A stretch of 64,000 nucleotides of DNA from the NCBI GenBank assembly GCA_050014495.1, contig JBEKDF010000004.1, forward strand, positions 32,001-96,000. Direction: 5' to 3'. The stretch is from Candidatus Bathyarchaeia archaeon. Its GTDB lineage: Archaea; Thermoproteota; Bathyarchaeia; TCS64. Positions 50,715 to 60,200 of this stretch are shown here, one piece after another; position 1 is the stretch's first letter, and each line of letters starts with the position of its first letter. Below the pieces are notes generated by a model. It ran no database searches, had not been told where the DNA came from, and saw nothing but the letters and a program-made list of their open reading frames with translations. Position numbers and translations under genes: made by a program.

Positions 50715-51646
50715 ATATCAAAAGCTAAGAATAATGCTCTTTTAGCGATTGGAAACACACCTCTAGTGAAACTAGGCAAAATCAAGGGTGACATACCCGC
50801 AAATGTCTACATAAAACTAGAGTTCTACAACCCAACCGGAAGCTACAAAGACAGAATGGCTCTCGCAATGATTGAGGGAGCGGAGAGAGACGGACTCCTG
50901 AGGAAGGGAGACACGGTCATCGAATATACCGGCGGAAGCACAGGTTCCTCACTGGCCTTCGTCTGCACGGTGAAGGGCTACAAGATAAAAATCGTGACAT
51001 CCGATGCCTTCTCTGAGGAAAAGATAAACACGATGCGGGCCTTTGGCACTGGCTGACCATAGTACCCAGCGTAGGTGGCAAGACCACTCCCGATCTGATA
51101 CCTAAAATGATGAAAGTCGCTGGGGAAATGGGTAAAGAGCCTCACACATACCAGACAAATCAGTTTTACAACAAGCATATGCTGAAGGGCTACAATGAGT
51201 TGGGGACTGAAATCCTAGATCAACTTGATGGCAAAGTTGACGCCTTCGTTGCCTCTTTTGGAACCGCTGGTTGTGCGATGGGCGTGGCTGAGGTTCTGAA
51301 GGCAAGGAGCAAGGGTATCGGAGTTTATCTTGTGGAGCCAGCGGAATCACCCACAGTATCAAGAGGAATCCAGGGGACACATGGCATAGAGGGCATAGGA
51401 GCCGGGTTTGTTCCACCACTCCTCAGGAAGGAGCTCTATGATGATATCTTAACGGTGTCGACAGAGAAATCGAATGAGATGGCCAGGAGACTTGCAAGGG
51501 AGGAAGGAATATTCTCCGGTTCGTCTACGGGGGCTAACGTCGTGGCTTCTCTCGAGGTTGCGAGGAAGTTAGGTGCAGGGAAAAACGTGGTGACGGTTGC
51601 TGTGGACAGCGGGCTCAAGTACCTTTCTACGGAAGTATACCGGTGA
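50715..51646 (+). pseudogene. cysK: Cysteine synthase family, split by a 1-nt frameshift near 51050
   Basis: IGNTPLV, KLEFYNPTGSYKDR, TGGSTG | GTAG, IEGIG, LAREEGI.G.S.GAN, VDSGLKYLST. Confidence 0.8.
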
Positions 51647-51767
51647 AGATTCGGATATCTTTAGACGGTTAGGGTTTTAATCGTCTTTCAACTCATCGAG
51701 TTAGCTCGTGTAGTTGACATCCTATCCTTAATAGGAAGAGGGCTCGTCAGATTGCAAGTAGTTCGCT

Positions 51768-52652
51768 TTGAAGAATCTTAGGAACCTGGTGCTGCTGCTC
51801 ATCGTCGTGTTCATCTGGGGTGCTAATTGGGCGAATATGAAGATCGGTCTGCAGTACGTCACTCCCATGAATTATCTTTGGCAGAGGCTGTTCTTCTCGA
51901 CATTGATGATTGCGCCGTTCCTCCTCCTGGCGAGGGGTGGTATGAAGAGGGAGCCAAGGGTTCTGGGGATAGTGGTGGTCTCGGCCTCGGCGTGGGTCAT
52001 AAGCAACATCTTCATGATGTACGCCCTCGGGTCGACCAGTTCGGGTATCAGCGCCATCCTCACGTACACTCAGCCTCTCTTCGTCTTCGGTATGTCCGCG
52101 CTGCTGCTGAGGGGTGAGGTGACTGTTCTTAAGGTGGGGAGTTCGGTGTTCGGTTTCATTGGGATCGCCGTTATTTACTTGAATAGTCTCGGTGGTGGCC
52201 TCGGCTCGGCTCAGGCTGTGATCTATCTGCTTGTGGCTGCTTTTCTCTGGGCGGCGTCCATCGTGGGGTATAAGATGGTTTCAGGTGAGGTTCACCCGTA
52301 TTGGTTCAGCTTCGTCGAGGTGGCGATCGGCTCCGTGCTGGTTTTGCCGTTCGCCCTCGCATCGGGTGGTTTGGTTGTGCCCCTTGAGCCTGGTTATCTC
52401 CTCTCGATTGGGTATCTTGCTGTTCTCTCGACGGTTGTCGCGTTCTTCATCTGGTTCAGACTGCTGCAGAATGAGGATGCTGTTACGGTTTCGACCTCGA
52501 GTCTCCTCGTCCCGATCATCGCGTTTGCCGTCGGCGCCGTGACGCTTGGGGAGGTGCTGAGTTTGAATGAGGTTGTCGGGGTGGTGATGGTTCTGATCTC
52601 AGTCTACTTCGTCAACTACTCGCCCTTTAAAGGCCCAACTAACAAACCCTAA
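51768..52652 (+). CDS. DMT/EamA family transporter
   Basis: IWGAN, YTQPLF, ten TMs, LGEVL. Confidence 0.9.
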   Translation: MKNLRNLVLLLIVVFIWGANWANMKIGLQYVTPMNYLWQRLFFSTLMIAPFLLLARGGMKREPRVLGIVVVSASAWVISNIFMMYALGSTSSGISAILTYTQPLFVFGMSALLLRGEVTVLKVGSSVFGFIGIAVIYLNSLGGGLGSAQAVIYLLVAAFLWAASIVGYKMVSGEVHPYWFSFVEVAIGSVLVLPFALASGGLVVPLEPGYLLSIGYLAVLSTVVAFFIWFRLLQNEDAVTVSTSSLLVPIIAFAVGAVTLGEVLSLNEVVGVVMVLISVYFVNYSPFKGPTNKP

Positions 52653-52783
52653 GGTGATTCTGTGGTTCAGCAGTCTAGTTAATGCGTGTGGCGCGCATTA
52701 TTATTTGTCGTAAACTGGTCTTTGTCATACGGGTCATGACTCCATAATCGATTTACTGTTTTATTCGCCATTCAGTTTGGCCA

Positions 52784-53254
52784 GTGTTTACCATGAGTGT
52801 GAAGGTGGAGGACGTCATGCACGCGAATGTCGTCACCATCGACGGTAAGTATACGGCGAGGCAGGCGGCGAAGATTATGGATTATCGTGGCGTTAGCAGC
52901 CTCGTCGTTATGTCTGATAAGAAGGTTTCAGGTATTGTCACCGAGAAGGATCTCTGTACGAGGGTCGTCGCGAAGGGTGGGGACCCTGAGCGCGTGAAAG
53001 TAGAGGAGATAATGACTCAGCCCGTCATCTTCGTAAGGCCTGATTCGCTGCTTGAGGGCGCGATTCAGGTCATGCTGATTCAGGGGATCAAGAAGTTACC
53101 GGTGCTTGGCGGTGAGTTTGGGGAGGAACTCGTCGGCATACTGTCGCTGACGGATGTCGCAATGTTGTACCCTGCGGTGTATGCGACTATGAAGCAGTTG
53201 CAGGAGAGTCAGCCGCTACCCGTGGAGAAAGGCGAGGACTTCTACATTAGTTAG
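52784..53254 (+). CDS. CBS-domain protein
   Basis: VEDVM, GIVTEKD, IKKLPV, LVGILSLTDV. Confidence 0.9.
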   Translation: MFTMSVKVEDVMHANVVTIDGKYTARQAAKIMDYRGVSSLVVMSDKKVSGIVTEKDLCTRVVAKGGDPERVKVEEIMTQPVIFVRPDSLLEGAIQVMLIQGIKKLPVLGGEFGEELVGILSLTDVAMLYPAVYATMKQLQESQPLPVEKGEDFYIS

Positions 53255-53446
53255 TCGTTCATCCTTCCACACGCGTGAATTGAAATAAAAATAAAAAAGC
53301 TTTAAATTAATACATATTATCCCAATTAACCACTCAATAAAATTTGCAGAATACAAGGTTATACGGCTCTAACTTCAAAAAAATTAAATAAATATCAGGG
53401 ATCCACAACCCTTTTTTAAAATAAAAAGGCTTCAAAATACACAAAT

Positions 53447-55753
53447 TTGTGGATAGTCACTAGAAGAAGAGCCGTCATTACGACGACACAAGCATTGATC
53501 ATAATCCTAGCCGCATTTATGGTCGGAGTAGGCGTTAGCCTAAGTGGCGTCCTCACAACAAACAACGCGGGAAATAGAGTTGGGGGGACAACACAGCAAA
53601 ACACAAGCGTTAACGTGACCAATCCACAGCAAACGATCCCTACCCAGAACACGACTTTACCAAATAAAACAAACACGTCAAACTCCACAACCCAGAAACC
53701 GGCTAATAATAAACAGACGATAAACTACACGCTGACGGTCGAGGCACCGGATGGGAAAGGCACCCAAAACCTAGAAGAGGGCATTCACTACTACCCGGCG
53801 AACAGTACGGTTCAGGTATACGCAAACTCTTCGCTTGGCTGGGAGTTCACATACTGGACACTTGATAACCAGAAGGAGGTCGGGAACCCGATCACAGTCA
53901 CGATGAATGCACCGCATACCCTTAAGGCGATGTTCACGGAGACCCGATACAACCTCACGATCACCATTGAAGGGTCAGGAACAACAGACCCGGTCCCTGG
54001 AATACACTCCTACGCCAAAGGAGCTGACGTGACGGTAAACGCGACGGCGGCTGAGGGATGGCAATTCAAATGTTGGACACAGAATAGCGAGAACACCACT
54101 ACAAATCCAATAAAGATAAGCGTAAACCGAGACACCGAGCTGAAGGCCACATTCATAGAAACCTCGGCGCAACCCGCTCCAGTGCCACCGATGCCCACCC
54201 CCTCCTCGAACTACACACTCACAGTGAACACCGTGGGCCAGGGCAGCGTAGCCAGGAACCCAAGCAAAGCATCCTACTCAACAGGTGAAAGCATCCAACT
54301 CACCGCAACGCCGGCTACTGGCTACACATTCACGGGGTGGAGCGGCGACGCCTCCGGCTCAAGCAACCCGCTGACCGTGTCGATAACCGGGAATATGATA
54401 ATCACAGCAACATTCGACCTTACCCAATACACGGTGACCTCCTCGGCTGGCTCCGGTGGCTCCATCTCGCCCCTGGGCGCCACTCAGGTGACTCAGGGCT
54501 CCACTCAGGCATTCACCATCACAGCGAACACCGGGTACTTGGTGTCTAGCGTCGTTGTTGATGGGTTTTCAGTCGGGGTCGTGTCCAGTTATACCTTCAG
54601 CAATGTTCAGGCTGACCATACGATAGCGGCCACCTTCGCCCAGATCCAGTACACGGTCACCGTGAACACCTCCGGCCAGGGGACGGTGGCCAAGAGCCCG
54701 AGCCAGTCGACCTACCACTACGGGGACTCGGTTCAGCTTCAGGCTACTCCCTCCGCTGGCTGGGTCTTTTCAGCATGGAGCGGAGCCTTGACGGGCTCGG
54801 TTAACCCCTCCACTTTGACGGTGAACGGGAACATGGATGTCACGGCCAGCTTCACGCTGACCCAATTCACCATTACTTCCTCAGCGGGTTCAGGTGGCTC
54901 CATCTCCCCAAGCGGGGGCGTGGTCGTCAGCTACGGTTCGAGTCAGGCATTCACCATCTCTCCCAGCACCGGGTACCAGGTTTCGGATGTGCTTGTTGAC
55001 GGCGTCTCGGTGGGGGCGGTGTCTAGCTACACCTTCAGCGGCGTGCAGGTCGACCATACCCTCTCCGCCACATTCGCCCCGATCCAGTTCACAATCACGG
55101 CCTCAGCGGGCTCGGGTGGCTCAATCTCACCCAGCGGTAGTTTAGTCGTTAACTACGGTGGCAGCCAGAGCTACACGATCACTGCGAACACGGGTTACTC
55201 AGTGTCCAGTGTCGATGTAGATGGGTCGTCTGTTGGTGCGGTGACGAGCTACCAGTTCAGCAATGTTCAGGACAACCACACGATAACGGCCAGCTTCGCG
55301 CTGCTGGCCCAGTTCACCATCACCTCCTCAGCTGGCTCAGGTGGCTCGATCTCGCCCCTGGGCGCCACTCAGGTGACTCAGGGTGGGAGCCAGGTCTACA
55401 CGATTTCTCCCAGCACCGGGTACCAGGTTTCGGATGTGCTTGTTGACGGCGTCTCGGTGGAGGCGGTGTCTAGCTACACATTCAGCAGCGTTCAGGATAA
55501 CCACACCATAGTGGCCAGCTTTACCCAGACAGTTTGCACGCTCTCCATCATGGTCAGTCCGACGGATGGGGGCACCGTGTCAACCAGCATATCTCCTCCG
55601 TATCACTACGGGGACGTGGTAACACTCACGGAGTCCCCCGGCGCTGACTACACGTTCTCATCGTGGTCAGGTGACGGCTTGGGGACAGACACGACTTGCA
55701 CAATCACCATCATGGGAAACATGGCCGTGACCGCCACATTCACGTTAAATTAA
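53447..55753 (+). CDS. Cell-surface protein with multiple InlB B-repeat-like beta-sandwich repeats
   Basis: N-terminal TM and N/T/Q linker; repeats YTLTV..G.G.V..P..Y..G..V.L.ATP..GY.F..WSG and ITSSAGSGGSISP. Confidence 0.85.
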   Translation: MWIVTRRRAVITTTQALIIILAAFMVGVGVSLSGVLTTNNAGNRVGGTTQQNTSVNVTNPQQTIPTQNTTLPNKTNTSNSTTQKPANNKQTINYTLTVEAPDGKGTQNLEEGIHYYPANSTVQVYANSSLGWEFTYWTLDNQKEVGNPITVTMNAPHTLKAMFTETRYNLTITIEGSGTTDPVPGIHSYAKGADVTVNATAAEGWQFKCWTQNSENTTTNPIKISVNRDTELKATFIETSAQPAPVPPMPTPSSNYTLTVNTVGQGSVARNPSKASYSTGESIQLTATPATGYTFTGWSGDASGSSNPLTVSITGNMIITATFDLTQYTVTSSAGSGGSISPLGATQVTQGSTQAFTITANTGYLVSSVVVDGFSVGVVSSYTFSNVQADHTIAATFAQIQYTVTVNTSGQGTVAKSPSQSTYHYGDSVQLQATPSAGWVFSAWSGALTGSVNPSTLTVNGNMDVTASFTLTQFTITSSAGSGGSISPSGGVVVSYGSSQAFTISPSTGYQVSDVLVDGVSVGAVSSYTFSGVQVDHTLSATFAPIQFTITASAGSGGSISPSGSLVVNYGGSQSYTITANTGYSVSSVDVDGSSVGAVTSYQFSNVQDNHTITASFALLAQFTITSSAGSGGSISPLGATQVTQGGSQVYTISPSTGYQVSDVLVDGVSVEAVSSYTFSSVQDNHTIVASFTQTVCTLSIMVSPTDGGTVSTSISPPYHYGDVVTLTESPGADYTFSSWSGDGLGTDTTCTITIMGNMAVTATFTLN

Positions 55754-55779
55754 TGGTAAGCTGCCGATTCATACCCCTT

Positions 55780-55920
55780 GCTCAAACATCCTAGACTCCT
55801 ACAATAATGTGGTCCACTTGATGCCTCTGATGGTGGCGGTTGGTGCGGCGGGTGTTGATGCTCCTGGGGTGAAGATACATGGCAGCTGGACCTGGGAATG
55901 GGCGCCTACGAGTTGAAATG
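55780..55920 (+). pseudogene. C-terminal remnant resembling a LigB/DODA-type extradiol dioxygenase
   Basis: HLMPLMVAVGAAGVDAPGVKIHGSWTW followed by frameshifted MGAYEL. Confidence 0.45.
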
Positions 55921-56001
55921 ACCATATATTTTGCATGACGCGCGCTTCAGAGGTGGGTAGTTGATAAGCGAGATAAATGAAAACACTCTTGATCAACTCG
56001 T

Positions 56002-57768
56002 ATGGTTCTAAGCGAATTCGAGAAGCAGGCACTCACCCAAGTATCCAAAGAAAGGAGCTGGGAACACGTACAATGGTTCGCCCGCACCGGGCAGAAACTA
56101 TCAGGTACACTGGAAAACGAGAGAGCCGTCGACTACGTCCTAGAGACCCTGAAGAAAATAGGGATCAGGGCACAGGCACCCGAGTATCAGTCGTGGCTCG
56201 ACTTCCCAAAACTATTCGACGCTGAGCTCAGAGTGACCTCACCAGTTGATCTACACATCGAGGCAATGCCACTAGCCCAGATGGCACCAACGGGATCTGA
56301 TGGAGTTGAGGGGGAGCTAGTCTACGTGGGTGGAGGAGGCCTCGCTGACTATGAGGAGAAGAATGTACGGGGAAAAATAGTCCTGGTCGAATTTGAAAAG
56401 GCCCCCGCTAGGCCCTGGAAGAACTACATCGCGGGGGTCCTCAAGGGTGCCGCGGGCCTCATAGTGATCAGCTACAGCGCACCTAAGAGGGTCTTCAACA
56501 GGGGCACCGTCAAATCTGTCTGGGGGAACCCGACGCCTGAGAACATAGATGAGATCGGCAGGATACCCGCACTCCTAATCACCTCGGAGGACGGGGTGAG
56601 ACTTGAGGAGATGCTAGCGAGGGGACCCGTCAGGGTTTGGATGCGGGGTGATAGTGAGAGGGGCTGGGCTCGAACTAGGCAGCCAATGGCCTCGATTCCA
56701 GGTCAGGAGGAGGGTTTTGTCCTGTTGGGGAGCCACATGGATGCCTGGGCTAGCGCGGGAAGCTGCAACGCTGTGGGCTGCGCATGTACCCTCGAGCTCG
56801 CAAGGGTTCTATCCAGCATCAAGCCTCTTAGGAGATGCGTAGAGTTCCTCTGGTTCCAGGGTCACGAGACGGGGATCATGACTGGCTCAACATGGTACCT
56901 AGACACTCATTGGGACAGGATCCAGAGGAACTGCATCGCTTACCTGAACGATGATACCCCCTGCATGGTTGGTACAACCGTCTACTCGGTGGATGCGGAT
57001 CCAGTGTACCACGATTTCATGGAGTCAACAATAAAGGAGCTCGCCGAATACGAGGGCGCGCCCTTCAAGAGAATAGATGGATACACACCATGGAAGGCGG
57101 GAGACCAATCTTTCCTAGGAGTCGGGGTCCCCTCAGCGAGGGTCCTCACAGTCACGCCACCGGGAGAGGAGGAGAAGCCGGGGGGATGGTGGTACCACAG
57201 CGACCACGATACCATCGATAAGTGCGACCCTGAGACCCTCTACATGGCTAACAAGGCGCACCTCCTCGTCATACTCCGACTCTGCACACTGCCCATCATA
57301 CCCTACAGCATCACCCCTGTGGCGGACTGGACTCTGGCGGCTTTGAATGACTTACAGAACAGGGCCAAGGGAACTATTGACCTCACGAGCCTGATAGAGA
57401 GGGGGAAAGACTTCAGGACAGTGGCCCGGCGGTTCGACGCTCTCACATCTGAAATTGCTGAGACCATCAAAAGCGTTGGGGCTGCGAAGAAGGATGAGGG
57501 TAGAATAGCCGTGACGAATCGGGTCATGGTTAAGATCTGTCGGACGCTCAACCCCATCAACTACACGCTCAGTGGCAGGTACGGGCAGGACCACTATGGT
57601 GCAGAGTACATCAAACCGATACCCGTCCTACAACCGTTGTCGGAGTTAGCCAAGCTAAACCCGGATACGAGCCAATACAAGGCTCTGAGGACCAAGTTGG
57701 TCAGGGAGAGAAACCGCGTAGCGGACGCACTAGAGGAAGCCCAGTGGCTTGCTGAGCATGTATTATGA
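56002..57768 (+). CDS. M28 family peptidase with PA domain
   Basis: GELVYVG.G, GKIVL, SVWGNPTP, GSHMDAW, GHETG..GSTWY, WWYHS..DT. Confidence 0.85.
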   Translation: MVLSEFEKQALTQVSKERSWEHVQWFARTGQKLSGTLENERAVDYVLETLKKIGIRAQAPEYQSWLDFPKLFDAELRVTSPVDLHIEAMPLAQMAPTGSDGVEGELVYVGGGGLADYEEKNVRGKIVLVEFEKAPARPWKNYIAGVLKGAAGLIVISYSAPKRVFNRGTVKSVWGNPTPENIDEIGRIPALLITSEDGVRLEEMLARGPVRVWMRGDSERGWARTRQPMASIPGQEEGFVLLGSHMDAWASAGSCNAVGCACTLELARVLSSIKPLRRCVEFLWFQGHETGIMTGSTWYLDTHWDRIQRNCIAYLNDDTPCMVGTTVYSVDADPVYHDFMESTIKELAEYEGAPFKRIDGYTPWKAGDQSFLGVGVPSARVLTVTPPGEEEKPGGWWYHSDHDTIDKCDPETLYMANKAHLLVILRLCTLPIIPYSITPVADWTLAALNDLQNRAKGTIDLTSLIERGKDFRTVARRFDALTSEIAETIKSVGAAKKDEGRIAVTNRVMVKICRTLNPINYTLSGRYGQDHYGAEYIKPIPVLQPLSELAKLNPDTSQYKALRTKLVRERNRVADALEEAQWLAEHVL

Positions 57769-58005
57769 AAAGAGAATGATGCGCGCTTGGGATTAAGCGT
57801 GCGTCTGCAGCTTTCCTCCTGAATGAGGACCCGTGCGTGCATACGATGATTTAAAGAATCGATTGACTGAGGTAGAGTTGTGGTCCGATGGCTAGGTTTT
57901 TGAGGTATAAGGTTGTCGGCGCGCGCGCAATCCGCGGTTACCTTTTTTCGTCGAATAGGTTTACGAGTCGATAGTCTAATGATTTAACTTAACGTGGGTT
58001 AAGAT

Positions 58006-58794
58006 ATGGCTATGGATAAGCGGCTCGTACTGTTCCTGCTGAGCTGCGTGCTCGTCTCAAGCTTCCTAGGGTACGCGGCGGGGTACCTCGCGCTCAGGCC
58101 GAGTGTGGCTTCTCTGACCTCTGAGCTCTCTGATTCGAAGTCGAGCCTCGCGGCTGCCCAGGCGGAGGCGGCGGCGAAGAGCTTGGAGGCGGCTAAGCTG
58201 AATGATACTGTAGCCGCCCAGTCGGCCCAGATAGCTGATATATCGAAGCAGTTCGCAGACTATAGGCAGACGGTGTCCGGTGGGGCGAACTCCACGATCT
58301 CGAAGCTGACGGCGCAGCTCCTCAACGCCACGGAGACGCTGAGGGTCGTGAGGTCTCAGCTGACTGCGATGGAGACGAGGAACATCACCCTGGTCGCGAA
58401 TGGCTCCGGGCTCGTGAAGGACAGCGGCCTAGACGTCGATACCAACAGGACCCTGATCCTGAGCCTGGGGTGGACGAGGGCGGGGGGTTGGAGTGGCTAC
58501 GGGTTCTACACGGTCGTCGCGTCCAAGAACGTCACCTCGATAGGCTTGGAGGCTGGCTACGTGTACCTGTTGGAGGTGATGAGGTTTGACAACGTCACGT
58601 TGGTGGGTAGTCAGCTGGACGCGAGGGGGTTCGTCTACCAGTCCGATAGGGCGAACCTCATCATCGGGGGGGACGTCCAGGTGCTCTGCACCCCGAACTC
58701 GAGTGGCGGAGACGATGTGGTTGTCAACTGGCCTTCCCTGGACACCAGCGTGTCAATGAGCGGTGTCCTCGCGGTGAATACAGGTCCACCTTAG
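58006..58794 (+). CDS. Membrane-anchored coiled-coil hypothetical protein
   Basis: N-terminal TM, heptad-rich Ala/Ser segment, beta-rich C-terminus; GC-rich. Confidence 0.7.
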   Translation: MAMDKRLVLFLLSCVLVSSFLGYAAGYLALRPSVASLTSELSDSKSSLAAAQAEAAAKSLEAAKLNDTVAAQSAQIADISKQFADYRQTVSGGANSTISKLTAQLLNATETLRVVRSQLTAMETRNITLVANGSGLVKDSGLDVDTNRTLILSLGWTRAGGWSGYGFYTVVASKNVTSIGLEAGYVYLLEVMRFDNVTLVGSQLDARGFVYQSDRANLIIGGDVQVLCTPNSSGGDDVVVNWPSLDTSVSMSGVLAVNTGPP

Positions 58795-58869
58795 AATAGC
58801 CCGAACTCAATGGAGCGTTGATTCGGATACTGTTCAGTCTTTTGTCACGGCTGCTTGGAGGAGTAGCTA

Positions 58870-59184
58870 GTGGGCTCATACCACGATATAGTGTGCCCAG
58901 AGCACAAAGCGGTCTTGCGACTCTGGAAAGTTGATGAATTATGGAGCGAACTTAACGGTTTGATTGATGAAGGCAAGACAACTGAAGAGTCCGCTGAACC
59001 TTTTGGACGGCATTTTATTGTTATTTCGCCCTCTATCTTTAAAACGGTTATTGAGTTTGTGCCAACAGATACAACAAAACAATAGCTCGAAAAGTATAAG
59101 GCATGTAAACTGTTTTTCATTGATTCTGAGTACGCTGATACATTCAATTATTATGAGAGCTTTGAGAAAACGGATGGTTATTAG
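58870..59184 (+). pseudogene. Hypothetical gene interrupted by an in-frame TAG at 59083-59085
   Basis: Frame continues LEKYKACKLFFIDSEYADTFNYYESFEKTDGY after the TAG. Confidence 0.4.
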
Positions 59185-59218
59185 TTTACTCCCTTTTTAA
59201 AAAAAGCTTTTATGGTAA

Positions 59219-59971
59219 ATGACAAATAAGAAAAAACACGGCAATTCTAACGGATGAGGAAAAGCAAGGGATACGCGCAAGAGCCAATATAATTGTTGGT
59301 AACAATGAGAGTTTAAAAAATAAGGAAATTGAATTACAAGCAGCATTGCGAATAATAGAGAAACTGCTAGGAATAAACTGGTATAGCAAGGCCTGGGAAA
59401 ACAATTCTACATTTCGCGCGCGCGAACGATAAACATCCCAAAACTTCCAGAGAAATCAACAGTCGTCCAATACTCCGAAGAGACTTACCAAATGCGTGAC
59501 TCTTATCCCATAGATGTCAATATAATGTCTAAAATCTGGGCGAGAGAGATTGATTTACCAGTCTCTAACTATAGGCGAGTAGTGATTTATTCACCATTTA
59601 TGGCAACTAAATCTCAAAGCGTCTTGCACTCCATTGAGGACGCAAGTAATCAACTTCTGAAATCAAGCGGGTATGGTATTGTGGCGATTGACATATCAGA
59701 CATCTTGCGTACTAAAGAAGATGAAGAAAAAATTCAAAAAGAGCTTTCTGAGGTTGTCAACTGTTTATCTGAGCGGTTTGAGAGTATGCCTCATGTTAGT
59801 GCGATATTGTTCTTTTTTACACAAAGAATCATGAAAGATGAACATATTAAGCTATTCACTAAGATTTTAATGTGTTCAAATCTTTTAGCAACCCACAGAT
59901 TACCTCCTGATATGAAGGAAGCTTTGAAGAAGGGCGGAGAGATTGGTTATAAGTCCTTGCTTGACGAATAA
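59219..59971 (+). pseudogene. Disrupted hypothetical gene; N- and C-terminal parts joined out of frame at (CG)5
   Basis: N part ..TAILTDEEKQG..WENNST ends just after 59415-59424; frame of the 59492 ORF is open back through the tract. Confidence 0.5.
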
Positions 59972-59987
59972 TATTTTCTTGTCGCTT

Positions 59988-60068
59988 CTAGACGTTTACG
60001 TGTCCTTTGATTGTTTTCTCCCATTCAGATTGTGTTAGTACACCTTTCTTTTCCAGTAGTTCTACAAG
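59988..60068 (-). pseudogene. C-terminal remnant of a small protein beginning at (GC)5
   Basis: LVELLEKKGVLTQSEWEKTIKGHVNV*. Confidence 0.5.
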
Positions 60069-60098
60069 GCGCGCGCGCATTGGGGTTATAAGGACTCA

Positions 60099-60200
60099 TC
60101 ATTTTCTTCTTGGTTTTCGTCTTGTATACGCACTTATTGTAACAACCCGTCTTTCCCCGCCTTTTTTACGCCTTTTATAAGAACTGATTTTTTTCGGCAT
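60099..60200 (-). CDS. Very basic 33-aa peptide; not in ORF track
   Basis: MPKKISSYKRRKKGGERRVVTISAYTRRKPRRK; AT-rich promoter-like upstream region. Confidence 0.5.
   Translation of the reverse strand: MPKKISSYKRRKKGGERRVVTISAYTRRKPRRK

Larger units (their letters stand above)
4156..60078. repeat. Dispersed (CG)n tracts of 8-10 nt in intergenic and remnant DNA
   Basis: Starts at 4156, 20053, 22515, 28206, 28356, 28645, 28676, 29812, 32421, 32799, 34347, 40566, 49686, 50507, 57919, 59415, 60069; further 6-7 nt copies elsewhere. Confidence 0.9.

Noticed and set aside
51040..51060. Programmed ribosomal frameshift or selenocysteine TGA in cysK
   Set aside because: No slippery heptamer, and the continuation is in another frame, so readthrough would not restore the protein.
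4156..60078. (CG)n tracts as MITE/REP elements or integron attC sites
   Set aside because: Flanks share no consensus, terminal inverted repeats or attC-type R boxes, and no integrase is visible.
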